Assembly (NCBI GenBank): GCA_017546175.1
Contig: JAFYXM010000003.1
Coordinates: 51,370-115,369 of the forward strand
Reading direction: 5' to 3'
Length of the DNA: 64,000 nucleotides
From: Elusimicrobiaceae bacterium
GTDB lineage: Bacteria; Elusimicrobiota; Elusimicrobia; Elusimicrobiales; Elusimicrobiaceae
Part shown: piece after piece, positions 52,791 to 61,812 of the stretch
How the letters are laid out: each line of letters opens with the position of its first letter
How positions within the stretch are numbered: position 1 is the stretch's first letter
Translations under genes and position numbers: made by a program
The notes under the pieces: generated by a model
Seen by the model: the letters and a program-made list of their open reading frames with translations, nothing else
What the model was told of the DNA's origin: nothing
Database searches by the model: none

Positions 52791-52844
52791 GCTTTTTCTT
52801 TTTTCTACCGAAACAACAACCAATAATTTATACAATAAAACTAT

Positions 52845-54089
52845 ATGGAAAAAGTGATTCTTATCGGGGCAAGCTTAAAAACAGATTTTACCCACTCTCA
52901 CGCACTGGAAGAGCTGGCCCGTCTGGCTGAAACCGCCGGCGGAAAAGTGTGCGCCGCCTACCATGTGCGCGTGCAAAGCTTCAATGCCGCCACCTTAATC
53001 GGCACGGGCAAACTGCAGGAAATTGCCGCCGAATGCGAAAGCCAACAAATAGACTCCGTCATTTTTGATGAAGAAATCACCCCTGCCCAACAGAAAAATT
53101 TAGAAGATATTTTACCTGCCAAAGTAATAGACCGCACGCGCCTGATTTTAGACATCTTTGCCCAGCGCGCTCGCACCCAAGAGGGAAAACTGCAAGTGGA
53201 GCTGGCGCAACTAAACTATTTGCTTCCGCGCCTGAGCGGTAAAGGAACGGCCATGATGCAGCAAAAAGGCGGTATCGGCATGCGCGGACCGGGAGAACGC
53301 AAACTGGAGTATGACCGCCGCCGCTTGCGCGCGCGCATCAGCCGCTTGGAACAAGAAATAGAACAAGTAAAAAAAGAACGTTCCCTGCGCCGCGAAAAGC
53401 GCCAACGTGTACCCCTACCGCAGATTGCCCTGATCGGATATACCAATGCCGGCAAAAGCACGTTGCTCAACAGCCTTACCCAAGAGCAGGCCGTCTATGC
53501 CGACGATAAACTCTTTGCCACCTTAGACCCTACCACCCGCCGCGTACCCATGAAAGGTGGCGGACAAATGCTCTTTACCGATACGGTGGGTTTTATTCAA
53601 AAGCTCCCCCACTCCTTGGTATCGGCTTTCCGTGCCACCTTGGAAGAAACGGCTTTTGCCGATGTGCTTTTGCACGTGCATGACAGTGCCAGCGAGGAGC
53701 GCGAAACACAAAGCCAAACGGTACATCAAATTTTGACCGATTTGCAGGCTTCTCGTCTACCGATTATTGACGTGTTTAATAAAACCGATTTACTTTCTGC
53801 GCCGCGTTTGCAAGCACTTAAAAAAGCTTATCCGCAAGCTATCTTTATCAGCGCACAAAACGCAAAAGGGCTAGACAGCCTGCTCAAAGCCGTAGAAAAA
53901 GCGCTCAAAACCAAATGGAAAGTCCGCCCCTTGCAACTCAGTACAAAGCAGGCGGACATGATCGGACAAATCTACACGCGCTCTTTGGTGCTTTCTTCCA
54001 CCGCCACCGCTGACGGCGGACTAAAGCTTAAAATTATGGCTACAGACGGCAACTACTCTGAACTTTTGAAAAAAACTACCTTGCCATAG
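52845..54089 (+). CDS. hflX: GTPase HflX
   Basis: Motifs GKLQVELAQL.Y..PRL, GYTNAGKSTLLN, DTVGFI, NKTD. Confidence 0.92.
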   Translation: MEKVILIGASLKTDFTHSHALEELARLAETAGGKVCAAYHVRVQSFNAATLIGTGKLQEIAAECESQQIDSVIFDEEITPAQQKNLEDILPAKVIDRTRLILDIFAQRARTQEGKLQVELAQLNYLLPRLSGKGTAMMQQKGGIGMRGPGERKLEYDRRRLRARISRLEQEIEQVKKERSLRREKRQRVPLPQIALIGYTNAGKSTLLNSLTQEQAVYADDKLFATLDPTTRRVPMKGGGQMLFTDTVGFIQKLPHSLVSAFRATLEETAFADVLLHVHDSASEERETQSQTVHQILTDLQASRLPIIDVFNKTDLLSAPRLQALKKAYPQAIFISAQNAKGLDSLLKAVEKALKTKWKVRPLQLSTKQADMIGQIYTRSLVLSSTATADGGLKLKIMATDGNYSELLKKTTLP

Positions 54090-55077
54090 ACACATCAGCA
54101 ATATCGTCAGCCGACATATTGCCGAATACTTCTTCGGGCTTGGCTTGCGTCAGCTCCGCTCTTTGCCCCGAAATGCCCACAAAGCGCGGGCTGGAGCCGG
54201 ACTCATGGAAAGAAGCAATCGTTGCGCGAATAAAATTGACATTACTGCGGTTAAACGGCGTGAAAAGAAAATAATCAGACGAATAGGGAATAGAGCCGAT
54301 CGGTTTATCATTATTATCATACAAGGTCAGCTGGGTTTCCCCGCCGATTTTGCCCGACACAATACCCACAATATCTCCCCCCGGCACCACCACACCGCCG
54401 CCGCTCATACCGTGCACAACGCCAAAGTTGCTGCCCATAAAATGGCGCAGCTCCGTGAAATAATAAAAATCATCAGTAAAACTTTCCTGATAATAAATCC
54501 CGTCGGGTTGTATGGTAGGAACGGCCAAAGGGTCCAACATATGACGGGCCGCATTAATGCTCAGCAGTTTGGGACGCGCCGAAGAAAGCACATTCCATTG
54601 GTAGCGCTGTTCGGAATTTTCAGAAAGCTTTAACTTTTGCAAAAATTGTTCCTCATCAATATATTCTTTTTCTTTGGCATCATAAAAAGAATATTGCACC
54701 TCTTTAGGATCAAAGCGAATCAGCGCCACATCATGCCGAACGCTTTTGCTCTTTCTGGGTATATATTCGCGCGGCACAAACACTCTGGCATCAGAAGCCG
54801 TATGTTGCACACGCGCCGAAGCCTGCAAGTTGCCTTGGAGCAAGTCTAAAGTTAAGGTGCATTCTTTGTTGCAGACGGGGCTTACGCAGTGCGCGGCGGT
54901 CAAATACCACTTGGGCAAAATACGCACAGCATGGCACTTGCCGCTTTCTCTGGAGTTTTGTACCCAAAGTAAGCTTTGGGTGGCAAAGTCTTCAGCCTCA
55001 AAGGCGCTTTGTCTTTCTTCGGCAAAAGCCGGGAAAGAAGAAAGTAAAAGCGCGATAAATAAAAATTTTTTTAGCAT
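54076..55077 (-). CDS. secreted trypsin-like (S1 family) serine protease
   Basis: Signal peptide MLKKFLFIALLLSSFPAFA, catalytic His motif LTAAHCV, and Ser motif GMSGGGV. Its 3' end overlaps the hflX 3' end by 14 nt (convergent). Confidence 0.75.
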   Translation of the reverse strand: MLKKFLFIALLLSSFPAFAEERQSAFEAEDFATQSLLWVQNSRESGKCHAVRILPKWYLTAAHCVSPVCNKECTLTLDLLQGNLQASARVQHTASDARVFVPREYIPRKSKSVRHDVALIRFDPKEVQYSFYDAKEKEYIDEEQFLQKLKLSENSEQRYQWNVLSSARPKLLSINAARHMLDPLAVPTIQPDGIYYQESFTDDFYYFTELRHFMGSNFGVVHGMSGGGVVVPGGDIVGIVSGKIGGETQLTLYDNNDKPIGSIPYSSDYFLFTPFNRSNVNFIRATIASFHESGSSPRFVGISGQRAELTQAKPEEVFGNMSADDIADVSMAR

Positions 55078-55195
55078 ATTTCGCCACACTCCTAAAATGC
55101 CTGTATCTTTTTTAGTCTATATAATAAAAGCCTTTTTGCCAAGATGCTTTAGATTTTTCTCTTGCCCGCGGCTCCAAACTTTATATAATAAATAT

Positions 55196-55822
55196 ATGAT
55201 GATAAAAGTACTCTTACTGGCGTTGTTTAGTTATTTACTCGGTGCCGTACCTACCGGCTACCTGATTGCCCGCAGAGTGATGGGCATTGATATCCGTCAG
55301 CACGGCTCCGGCAACCCCGGCGCAGCCAATGTCTACCGCACGGTAGGCAAATGGGCCGGCATCACTACTTTCTTAATTGACGGTTTGAAAGGCTTTATCC
55401 CCGTCTGCATTGCTTTACATGTTTTCCCCGGAGAATATTGGCAAGCCATTTTGTGTGGTACTATTGCCATTCTGGGCCACATGTGGACCATTTACCTCAA
55501 ATTCCGTGGCGGAAAAGGCGTAGCCACCTCTGCCGGTGTATTTGCCGCTTTACTTCCGATTCCGACCGCCTTGGCCTTTACGGCTTTTGTGATTTGTGTA
55601 GCCTTGTGGGGGCGCATCTCTATCGGATCTATTACGGCTTGTTTGGTACTGCCTATCAGCGGTTACTTTATCGGTCATCATTCCATTACCGTAGATATTA
55701 TGTCCACCGCTATCGGTTTGTTGGTCATTTACAAGCACGTACCCAATATTAAACGTCTTTTGGCTAAAAAAGAATTGGCCTTTGAAGACGGCTCTAAAAA
55801 AAGAAAAAATGAACATAAATAA
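55196..55822 (+). CDS. plsY: glycerol-3-phosphate acyltransferase PlsY
   Basis: Motifs YLLGAVPTGYLIAR, GSGNPGAANVYR, FRGGKGVAT. The long track ORF from 54746 is an antisense read-in and was trimmed to the ATG at 55196. Confidence 0.9.
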   Translation: MMIKVLLLALFSYLLGAVPTGYLIARRVMGIDIRQHGSGNPGAANVYRTVGKWAGITTFLIDGLKGFIPVCIALHVFPGEYWQAILCGTIAILGHMWTIYLKFRGGKGVATSAGVFAALLPIPTALAFTAFVICVALWGRISIGSITACLVLPISGYFIGHHSITVDIMSTAIGLLVIYKHVPNIKRLLAKKELAFEDGSKKRKNEHK

Positions 55823-56813
55823 AATTACAGTTTTCGGTGCCGGCATTTGGGGCAGTGTGATTGCCCAACACTTAGCTAAAAACGGCTATAAAGTGAGCTT
55901 GTGGGAGTACAACCAGCAGCTCTTGGGTGTACTTAAAACCATCGGCCGCCACCCGAATATTCCTAATTTTAAAATTCATGACAATATCGCTCTTACGGGT
56001 GATGTGGCGGAAGCTGTGCAAGACACGGATATGATTGTCTTTGTCATTTCTTCCAAAGCCATTCGTGCTTTCTGCCGCGAACAATTAAAACCTTTGCTCA
56101 ACGGCAAAGTATTGCCCGTAGTCAGTGCTTCTAAAGGCATTGAGGACAAGAGCTTTAAAACCATTTGTGAAATCATTGAGGAAGAACTCCCTCAGCTCAA
56201 AGATAAAGTGTTGGCTTTTACCGGCCCGAGCTTTGCCTTGGAAGTGGCGCAAAACGTACCCACCAAGATTATGCTCGCCGGCAAAGATGCCGTACTGGTG
56301 GACGAAATCCGCCAAGTGTTTGATTCAGACCCTATTATTATCGTACCCAGCTCCGACCGCCGCGGTGCCGAATATGGCGGCGCTATTAAAAACGTGCTCG
56401 CTATCGGTTGCGGTGTGATTGACGGTATCAGAGACGGGGCCAATTCCAAAGCGGCCTTGATTACGCAGGCTTTGGAAGAAATGAACGATATCATTGTCAG
56501 CCAAGGCGGTCAAAACAGTACGGTGTACAGTTTGGCCGGTTTTGGTGATGCGATTTTGACGGGTATGTCCGCCATTTCCCGCAACCGCCGCTTGGGCGAA
56601 AAACTGGGTGCGGGGCTTTCTTTAGAGGAAGCGCAAAAAGAAGTAGGCACCATTGCAGAAGGGGTCAACTCCGTACAAAGTGTGTATGATATCTCTTGCA
56701 AAAATAATTTAAATACGCCGATTATTCATGCCATTTGGCAAATCGTCTGCCAAGGTGCCCGCCCGCATGCATTGTTGCAAGCGATGGGCTTTGTCAACCG
56801 CGGAGATAAATAA
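55809..56813 (+). CDS. gpsA: NAD(P)H-dependent glycerol-3-phosphate dehydrogenase
   Basis: Motifs ITVFGAGIWGS, GPSFALEVA, KNVLAIGCG, AEGV. Confidence 0.92.
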   Translation: MNINKITVFGAGIWGSVIAQHLAKNGYKVSLWEYNQQLLGVLKTIGRHPNIPNFKIHDNIALTGDVAEAVQDTDMIVFVISSKAIRAFCREQLKPLLNGKVLPVVSASKGIEDKSFKTICEIIEEELPQLKDKVLAFTGPSFALEVAQNVPTKIMLAGKDAVLVDEIRQVFDSDPIIIVPSSDRRGAEYGGAIKNVLAIGCGVIDGIRDGANSKAALITQALEEMNDIIVSQGGQNSTVYSLAGFGDAILTGMSAISRNRRLGEKLGAGLSLEEAQKEVGTIAEGVNSVQSVYDISCKNNLNTPIIHAIWQIVCQGARPHALLQAMGFVNRGDK

Positions 56814-56824
56814 GGATTGATTTT

Positions 56825-57088
56825 ATGAATAAAGATGATGTGGTGCGCCATTTAACCCGCCACGTGTTGGATAAAAAACAGGCCAAAGTGTCCGTAGATA
56901 AAGTGTTTGAAATTATCAAACACGGTCTTAAGCGTGACGGGAAAGTGGTAATCAGCAATTTCGGGACCTTTCATTTAAAGACGGCCCGCCCCGTTCAGCG
57001 CCACAACCCCAAAACAGGCGAAAAAGTGCAAGTACCCGCCAAACAAAAGGTACGTTTTAAGCCGTCGGCTAATTTACTCAACAAATAA
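56825..57088 (+). CDS. hup: HU/IHF-family DNA-binding protein
   Basis: 87 aa with motifs FGTFHLKTARPVQRHNPKTGEKVQVPAKQKVRFKPS. Confidence 0.9.
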   Translation: MNKDDVVRHLTRHVLDKKQAKVSVDKVFEIIKHGLKRDGKVVISNFGTFHLKTARPVQRHNPKTGEKVQVPAKQKVRFKPSANLLNK

Positions 57089-57090
57089 AG

Positions 57091-57117
57091 AACCCCGAGT
57101 TAAACTCGGGGTTTTTT
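57091..57117. terminator. bidirectional terminator after hup
   Basis: AACCCCGAG-TTAAA-CTCGGGGTT followed by TTTT. Confidence 0.8.
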
Positions 57118-57132
57118 ACTGAAAAATCTTTA

Positions 57133-57930
57133 TTACAACACCTGCTTTAGCTCTATCGGCAGTTCCGTCTTCTCCACCGCCAACACCGTATGGGTATTGG
57201 TCTTCTTATCCAAGCCAAACACATTTACTCGGTAGGCAACCACCAACTGTCCGTCTTTTACTTCGGCAGATACGATTTCAAAAATATTATCAGGCAAGTT
57301 GCTGTCCGACTCCAAAACTACCAGCATTTTTTTGCCAAAGTCCACTTCGGGGTATCCCCCTCTGGCACGGGTTTTGAAAAGTTTATATTCGTCCGTATTT
57401 TTAATCAAAAACGTTTTGACAGGAGCAGCAATTAAGCTGATTTTGCTTTCTTCATCTTCCTTGGCTTCTACGTTTTGTTGAGGTCCGATAGATACCACTT
57501 CTTCACCGGTTAAATTAAGCGCAAGCGGTTCCTCTTTTTGCGCAGAACGAACCGTATTATTTTTACCCACATAGTCTTCGGCGGCATAGGTGGCTTTTTG
57601 AGGGTCTTTCGGCAAAATTTCCGCAATTTCAGAAAAGTCCACCGTTGCCACTTGGTTGGCACTTTCTTGCGGTTGTGTTTCTTCTTCCACTTCTTCCAAA
57701 GGTGGCACGTCCATGCCCAAAGCTTCCGCCGCCACTGCCTCGGCCGCAGCCATATCTTCGGCAGGGATATTATCAAAGATGCCAAAAGCTTCCCCGTCAG
57801 CTTGATAAAGCTCCTCCACTTCTCCTTTGGGTGCATTTAAATTGGGAAGTTGTCTAAAAAACCACCCCCCTGCCAAAAATGCCGCCACCAAGAGCAAAAC
57901 CCAAGCAATCGGTTTTAACTTATTTGCCAT
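57133..57930 (-). CDS. hypothetical membrane-anchored protein with an acidic linker
   Basis: N-terminal TM (IAWVLLLVAAFLAGGWFF), an E/A-rich region, and a C-terminal beta-rich domain. The start is uncertain (57930 or 57945). Confidence 0.5.
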   Translation of the reverse strand: MANKLKPIAWVLLLVAAFLAGGWFFRQLPNLNAPKGEVEELYQADGEAFGIFDNIPAEDMAAAEAVAAEALGMDVPPLEEVEEETQPQESANQVATVDFSEIAEILPKDPQKATYAAEDYVGKNNTVRSAQKEEPLALNLTGEEVVSIGPQQNVEAKEDEESKISLIAAPVKTFLIKNTDEYKLFKTRARGGYPEVDFGKKMLVVLESDSNLPDNIFEIVSAEVKDGQLVVAYRVNVFGLDKKTNTHTVLAVEKTELPIELKQVL

Positions 57931-58339
57931 ATCCTTCCTTTTCATCGTAAGAAGCCGTGATGATAGAGCGCAAACCGCCGCGCGGCGTAAATTCGCCTTT
58001 AATAGTAGCGCGTTTGGGCTTGCAGGCTTTGACCACGTCATCTAAAATTTTATTGGCAATATTCTCCATAAAAATACCCATATCGCGGTATTCCAAGAGA
58101 TAAAACTTTAAACTTTTCAGTTCCAAACACAAATCATTGGGTACATAATCAATGGTGATAATGCCAAAGTCCGGCAAACCCGTTTTGGGGCAGACGGAAG
58201 TAAATTCCGGTAGTTCAATTCGGATATTGTAATCGCGTTTATACTGGTTGGGCCAGCATTGAATCTCCGGCAAGACCGCATCCGCATTTTTGCGGGCGTG
58301 GTCAGAAGTGTATCCAAAATCAATATCTTTCGTCGTCAT
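57920..58339 (-). CDS. queF: NADPH-dependent 7-cyano-7-deazaguanine reductase QueF (type I)
   Basis: Motifs EFTSVCPKTGLPDF, LKFYL..YR, FME. The ATG overlaps the ATPase stop (ATGA). Confidence 0.88.
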   Translation of the reverse strand: MTTKDIDFGYTSDHARKNADAVLPEIQCWPNQYKRDYNIRIELPEFTSVCPKTGLPDFGIITIDYVPNDLCLELKSLKFYLLEYRDMGIFMENIANKILDDVVKACKPKRATIKGEFTPRGGLRSIITASYDEKEGYGK

Positions 58340-60288
58340 TTTATGTTTAATAACCTCGCTGAATTTATAAAAATTACGGCTACTGCCAGCACCATGCCCA
58401 CCGGTACCACACACCACATATACGTCTGAGGCACCGGAACAAACAAAAGCACTGCTATTAGCGCTAAATTACACAATACAGACAATACTACATTGCCGCG
58501 TATGCGGCTAGCCAAAGAATTATTCATGCGGAACAAATCTGTAATGGCGGCTAAATCTGTACGTTTTAAAATAATATCTACCCAATTATTATATACATTT
58601 TTACCCGATGAAAATACTACCCCCGCATCGGCCCTTAACAACGCAGTAATATCATTAAATCCGTCCCCCACCATTACTGCTTTTTTACCCAGCGCACTAA
58701 AATTACCCAAAATTTCTGCCTTGGTTTGCGGTAGTACGCCAAAATTGTAATTAGTAATGCCAATTTCTTGGGCAATACCGGCAACAGATGCTTCATTATC
58801 ACCGGACATCAAAATTACTTCTTTTCCCATATCTTTAAGTGTTTGCACCATTTTGGCAGCTTCGGGGCGAAGCTTATCATCTAAAGACACATATCCTAAA
58901 TATTTCCCGTTCTTGGCACCGCAAATCACTGCTTGACCACCGCTTGGGCGCTGCGGAATATGTACTCCTTTCTCTTTTAACCACTCAGGACGCCCCGCCA
59001 AGAAGATATTTTTACCCGAGGTAGCATTAACCCCCAACCCCGGTAAAACATCAAAGCAAAGCAGTTTATGCGCCTCTACACCTTGTTCTTTAGCATAGAT
59101 GTTGACCGCATTGGCAAAGGGACCATCCACCATTTGCTCGGCCGTAGCCAAACACACCAATAAATCTCTTTTCGTTTTTTCATCTGCGGCATATACTTCA
59201 TGCACGCGCAGCTCGCCATACGTCAAAGTCCCCGTCTTGTCAAAAAACACCGCATCAGCCTTTTTTAATACGTCCAAAGCTCCCAACGCTTGCAAAATAA
59301 TTTTCTTTCGTCTGGCACCCAATTTCACAAACCAAGAGGGAAAGGCCGAACAAAAGAAAAAAGAGATAGGACACGCAAGCCCCATCACTAGCAGCAAAAG
59401 CCCTAGCGTATGCAACGGACGACGGTAATCTCCCGCCCAGTAGAAATAAGTATATGCAGCAAAGGCCGCTATTACGGCAATTATCAATAAATAGGGGGCA
59501 TAACCGTCCAAGTCATCTTTACGCACGCAACGGCGACGTTCGCTATTTTTAATGGCAGAAATAATGCCGGAAATCACACTTTGATTTAACCCCTTCGTTA
59601 CGCGGACCATGATGTCGGCCCCTTTATTTAAAGTACCCGCATACACGCGGCTTCCGACCGCTTTGGCCGTAGGAAGCATATTACCGGTAATCAAGCTCTC
59701 ATCAATAGCCGTTTCCCCTTTGGCAATTTCTCCCTCACAAGGGATGCGTTCCCCTGCTTTTACGCGGATAATATCTCCTTCTTTAAGTTCGCGCGCAAAA
59801 ACCATCAGCTCCCGCTGCTGCCCATTCACTATTCTGCCCGACTTAGGTAAAAAATCATCTAATTTTTTGATAAAGACTTTGGTTCTTTCTTTGCGGCGGG
59901 AAATACGGGAGCAGGTCCACAAATAAACCATCACCGTGCAGGACAGGCAAACATATAAATCTGGCGCACTGCCGGCCAAAGGACTGACAAAAAAAGTTTT
60001 GGATAAGCCGTAACAAAAACAAGACAATACCGCCAACGCCGCAAGGGTAGACAAAGAAAAACGGAAAGATTCTAAATCTCGCCATGCACTTTTAAAAAGC
60101 ACATCGCCACAGCAAAGCAAGTTAAGCAAAACCAGTACAAAAATACCCGTAGCCGAAGCCCCAATCATTAGTGAATAAATCACCAAGACCAAAAAACACA
60201 CAGATAAAAAGAATCTGTAGGAATATTTTTTAGCGGGGACAGACAAAGCGGCACTTTCCGATGCCGTATGCTTACGGGAGGACTTCAT
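58336..60288 (-). CDS. P-type ATPase, P1B-like but with atypical signature motifs; no N-terminal metal-binding domain
   Basis: Motifs DKTGTLT, MSGDN, GDGFND. Where P1B pumps normally have CPC, TGE and HP, this protein has ACPIS, TGN and DGP. Confidence 0.75.
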   Translation of the reverse strand: MKSSRKHTASESAALSVPAKKYSYRFFLSVCFLVLVIYSLMIGASATGIFVLVLLNLLCCGDVLFKSAWRDLESFRFSLSTLAALAVLSCFCYGLSKTFFVSPLAGSAPDLYVCLSCTVMVYLWTCSRISRRKERTKVFIKKLDDFLPKSGRIVNGQQRELMVFARELKEGDIIRVKAGERIPCEGEIAKGETAIDESLITGNMLPTAKAVGSRVYAGTLNKGADIMVRVTKGLNQSVISGIISAIKNSERRRCVRKDDLDGYAPYLLIIAVIAAFAAYTYFYWAGDYRRPLHTLGLLLLVMGLACPISFFFCSAFPSWFVKLGARRKKIILQALGALDVLKKADAVFFDKTGTLTYGELRVHEVYAADEKTKRDLLVCLATAEQMVDGPFANAVNIYAKEQGVEAHKLLCFDVLPGLGVNATSGKNIFLAGRPEWLKEKGVHIPQRPSGGQAVICGAKNGKYLGYVSLDDKLRPEAAKMVQTLKDMGKEVILMSGDNEASVAGIAQEIGITNYNFGVLPQTKAEILGNFSALGKKAVMVGDGFNDITALLRADAGVVFSSGKNVYNNWVDIILKRTDLAAITDLFRMNNSLASRIRGNVVLSVLCNLALIAVLLFVPVPQTYMWCVVPVGMVLAVAVIFINSARLLNIK

Positions 60289-60295
60289 AAAAACC

Positions 60296-61288
60296 CTATT
60301 TTCCGACGTTTAAGAAACGGTTGGCTACGACATGTTTGCGGCCGTTTTCCGTAGTCATCATGCGGATTTTGCCTTGATAACGGCGGGCATTGGCAGGGTC
60401 TAAACGACGAGCTGCCAAATAATGCTGCGTAGCCTCTACCGGAGATTCCAAAGCCAACATATCGCCTAACATATCATAGATAGGGGCATAATTAGGAGCA
60501 TACATTTTGGCACGTTCTGCATAGGCTACGCCCTGTTCGGTATCGCCTTTGCTGAACAAGAGCTCTGCCGCGTAATAATACGGCATGGCATAATCTTCAC
60601 GCAAAGCGATGGCTTTTTGGAAATCGTCCATTGCATTTTGGAAATGGCCCATTTTTACAAAAGCACGGCCCCTTTCCAAGTAAGCACGCGGATTGTTCGG
60701 CTCCAACTCCATTAAGATAGAATAATCTTCCGCCGCACTGGCATAATATCCTGCAGCAAAGAAAGCCAACCCGCGATTTAAATACAACAAGGCAAATTTA
60801 TCATCTAAAGATTGTACTTCGGAAAAATCAACCAGTGCTTTGCTTAAGCGGCCTTGTTGGCTGTAAGCTACTGCACGATTTAACAAAGCCATCAAGTAAT
60901 TAGGACGCAACAAAAGGGCTTGGTTCAGCTGCAAGACAGCTTCGGAATAGCGGCCTTGATCAATATATAAAGCGGCTAAATTGTTGAAAAGTTCCGGACG
61001 GCGATACTCCAAGGAAATAGCCTTTTCATAGTCTTTTTCAGCCAGTTTTTTATTTTTCTTGGCCTGTTCGGCATCTTTGACTTTTAGTTGTTCGTACAAA
61101 AGCCCGCGACTGACGTAAGAGGCATAATGTTGCGGATTTTTTTTGATAATGGTGGAATAAGTTTGAATGGCTTTTTCCAACTGACCTTTATCGGTTAAAA
61201 TTTGCGCTTTGCGAAACAGCTTATCTTCACTGGAACTGCAAGCGGCAAAAAATACAACAGACAAACAAAGCATTAAAAGTTTTTTCAT
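60296..61288 (-). CDS. TPR-repeat lipoprotein
   Basis: Lipobox FFAACSS and multiple TPR units. Confidence 0.75.
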   Translation of the reverse strand: MKKLLMLCLSVVFFAACSSSEDKLFRKAQILTDKGQLEKAIQTYSTIIKKNPQHYASYVSRGLLYEQLKVKDAEQAKKNKKLAEKDYEKAISLEYRRPELFNNLAALYIDQGRYSEAVLQLNQALLLRPNYLMALLNRAVAYSQQGRLSKALVDFSEVQSLDDKFALLYLNRGLAFFAAGYYASAAEDYSILMELEPNNPRAYLERGRAFVKMGHFQNAMDDFQKAIALREDYAMPYYYAAELLFSKGDTEQGVAYAERAKMYAPNYAPIYDMLGDMLALESPVEATQHYLAARRLDPANARRYQGKIRMMTTENGRKHVVANRFLNVGK

Positions 61289-61812
61289 TTTTCCTCCTGA
61301 ATCGGCGCTTTTTTACTAAACAAAAGCGCAAAGGCGAGCATCACTCCGCCCACGGTAATAAAACTATCGGCCGCATTAAACACCGGCCATACACGTAAAT
61401 CAATAAAATCTACAACAAACCCTAAGGTTATTCTATCATAAAGATTGCCCAATGCACCGCCCAAAATGAGGACCAGCCCCCACTTTACCAACGACCCCAT
61501 GGAGCAAAACTCTTTCCAACTTTTGAGCAAATAAGCAATGATGAGCAGAGAAACGATAATCAAAATCAGGTTTCCCCCCTGCATCATACCGAATGCCGCC
61601 CCCGTATTTTGCACATAACGCAAATGCAAAAACGGCGCTAATAGTATATCCTTATTTTCCAAAAATACAAGCGTCAACCGTTTGGTTATACGGTCCACTC
61701 CCAACAAAACAACAAGGGTAATGAGCACAGCTTTATGACGCCGTGCCCAATCCCAAATTATGCCAAGTCCCTTACGCAACGGTCTGCTCCTCAGGTACGC
61801 TGAGCCCCTCAC
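61285..61812 (-). CDS. lspA: lipoprotein signal peptidase II
   Basis: Motifs NTGAAFG, VVDFIDL, FNAADS. Conserved ileS-lspA synteny. The start is uncertain: the GTG at 61812 would overlap ileS by 41 nt. Confidence 0.8.
   Translation of the reverse strand: MRGSAYLRSRPLRKGLGIIWDWARRHKAVLITLVVLLGVDRITKRLTLVFLENKDILLAPFLHLRYVQNTGAAFGMMQGGNLILIIVSLLIIAYLLKSWKEFCSMGSLVKWGLVLILGGALGNLYDRITLGFVVDFIDLRVWPVFNAADSFITVGGVMLAFALLFSKKAPIQEEK

Noticed and set aside
54746-55195. 150-aa N-terminal extension of the plsY ORF overlapping the protease gene antisense. Similar extensions occur at 50671-50766 (PilZ), 13400-13465 (hyp301), 58340-58417 (queF), 57931-58041, 38465-38494 (smpB) and 18473-18514 (rsmF-like).
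   Set aside because: The conserved family N-termini start at internal ATGs that have RBS or coupling signals. The extensions run through neighbouring genes or intergenic DNA.
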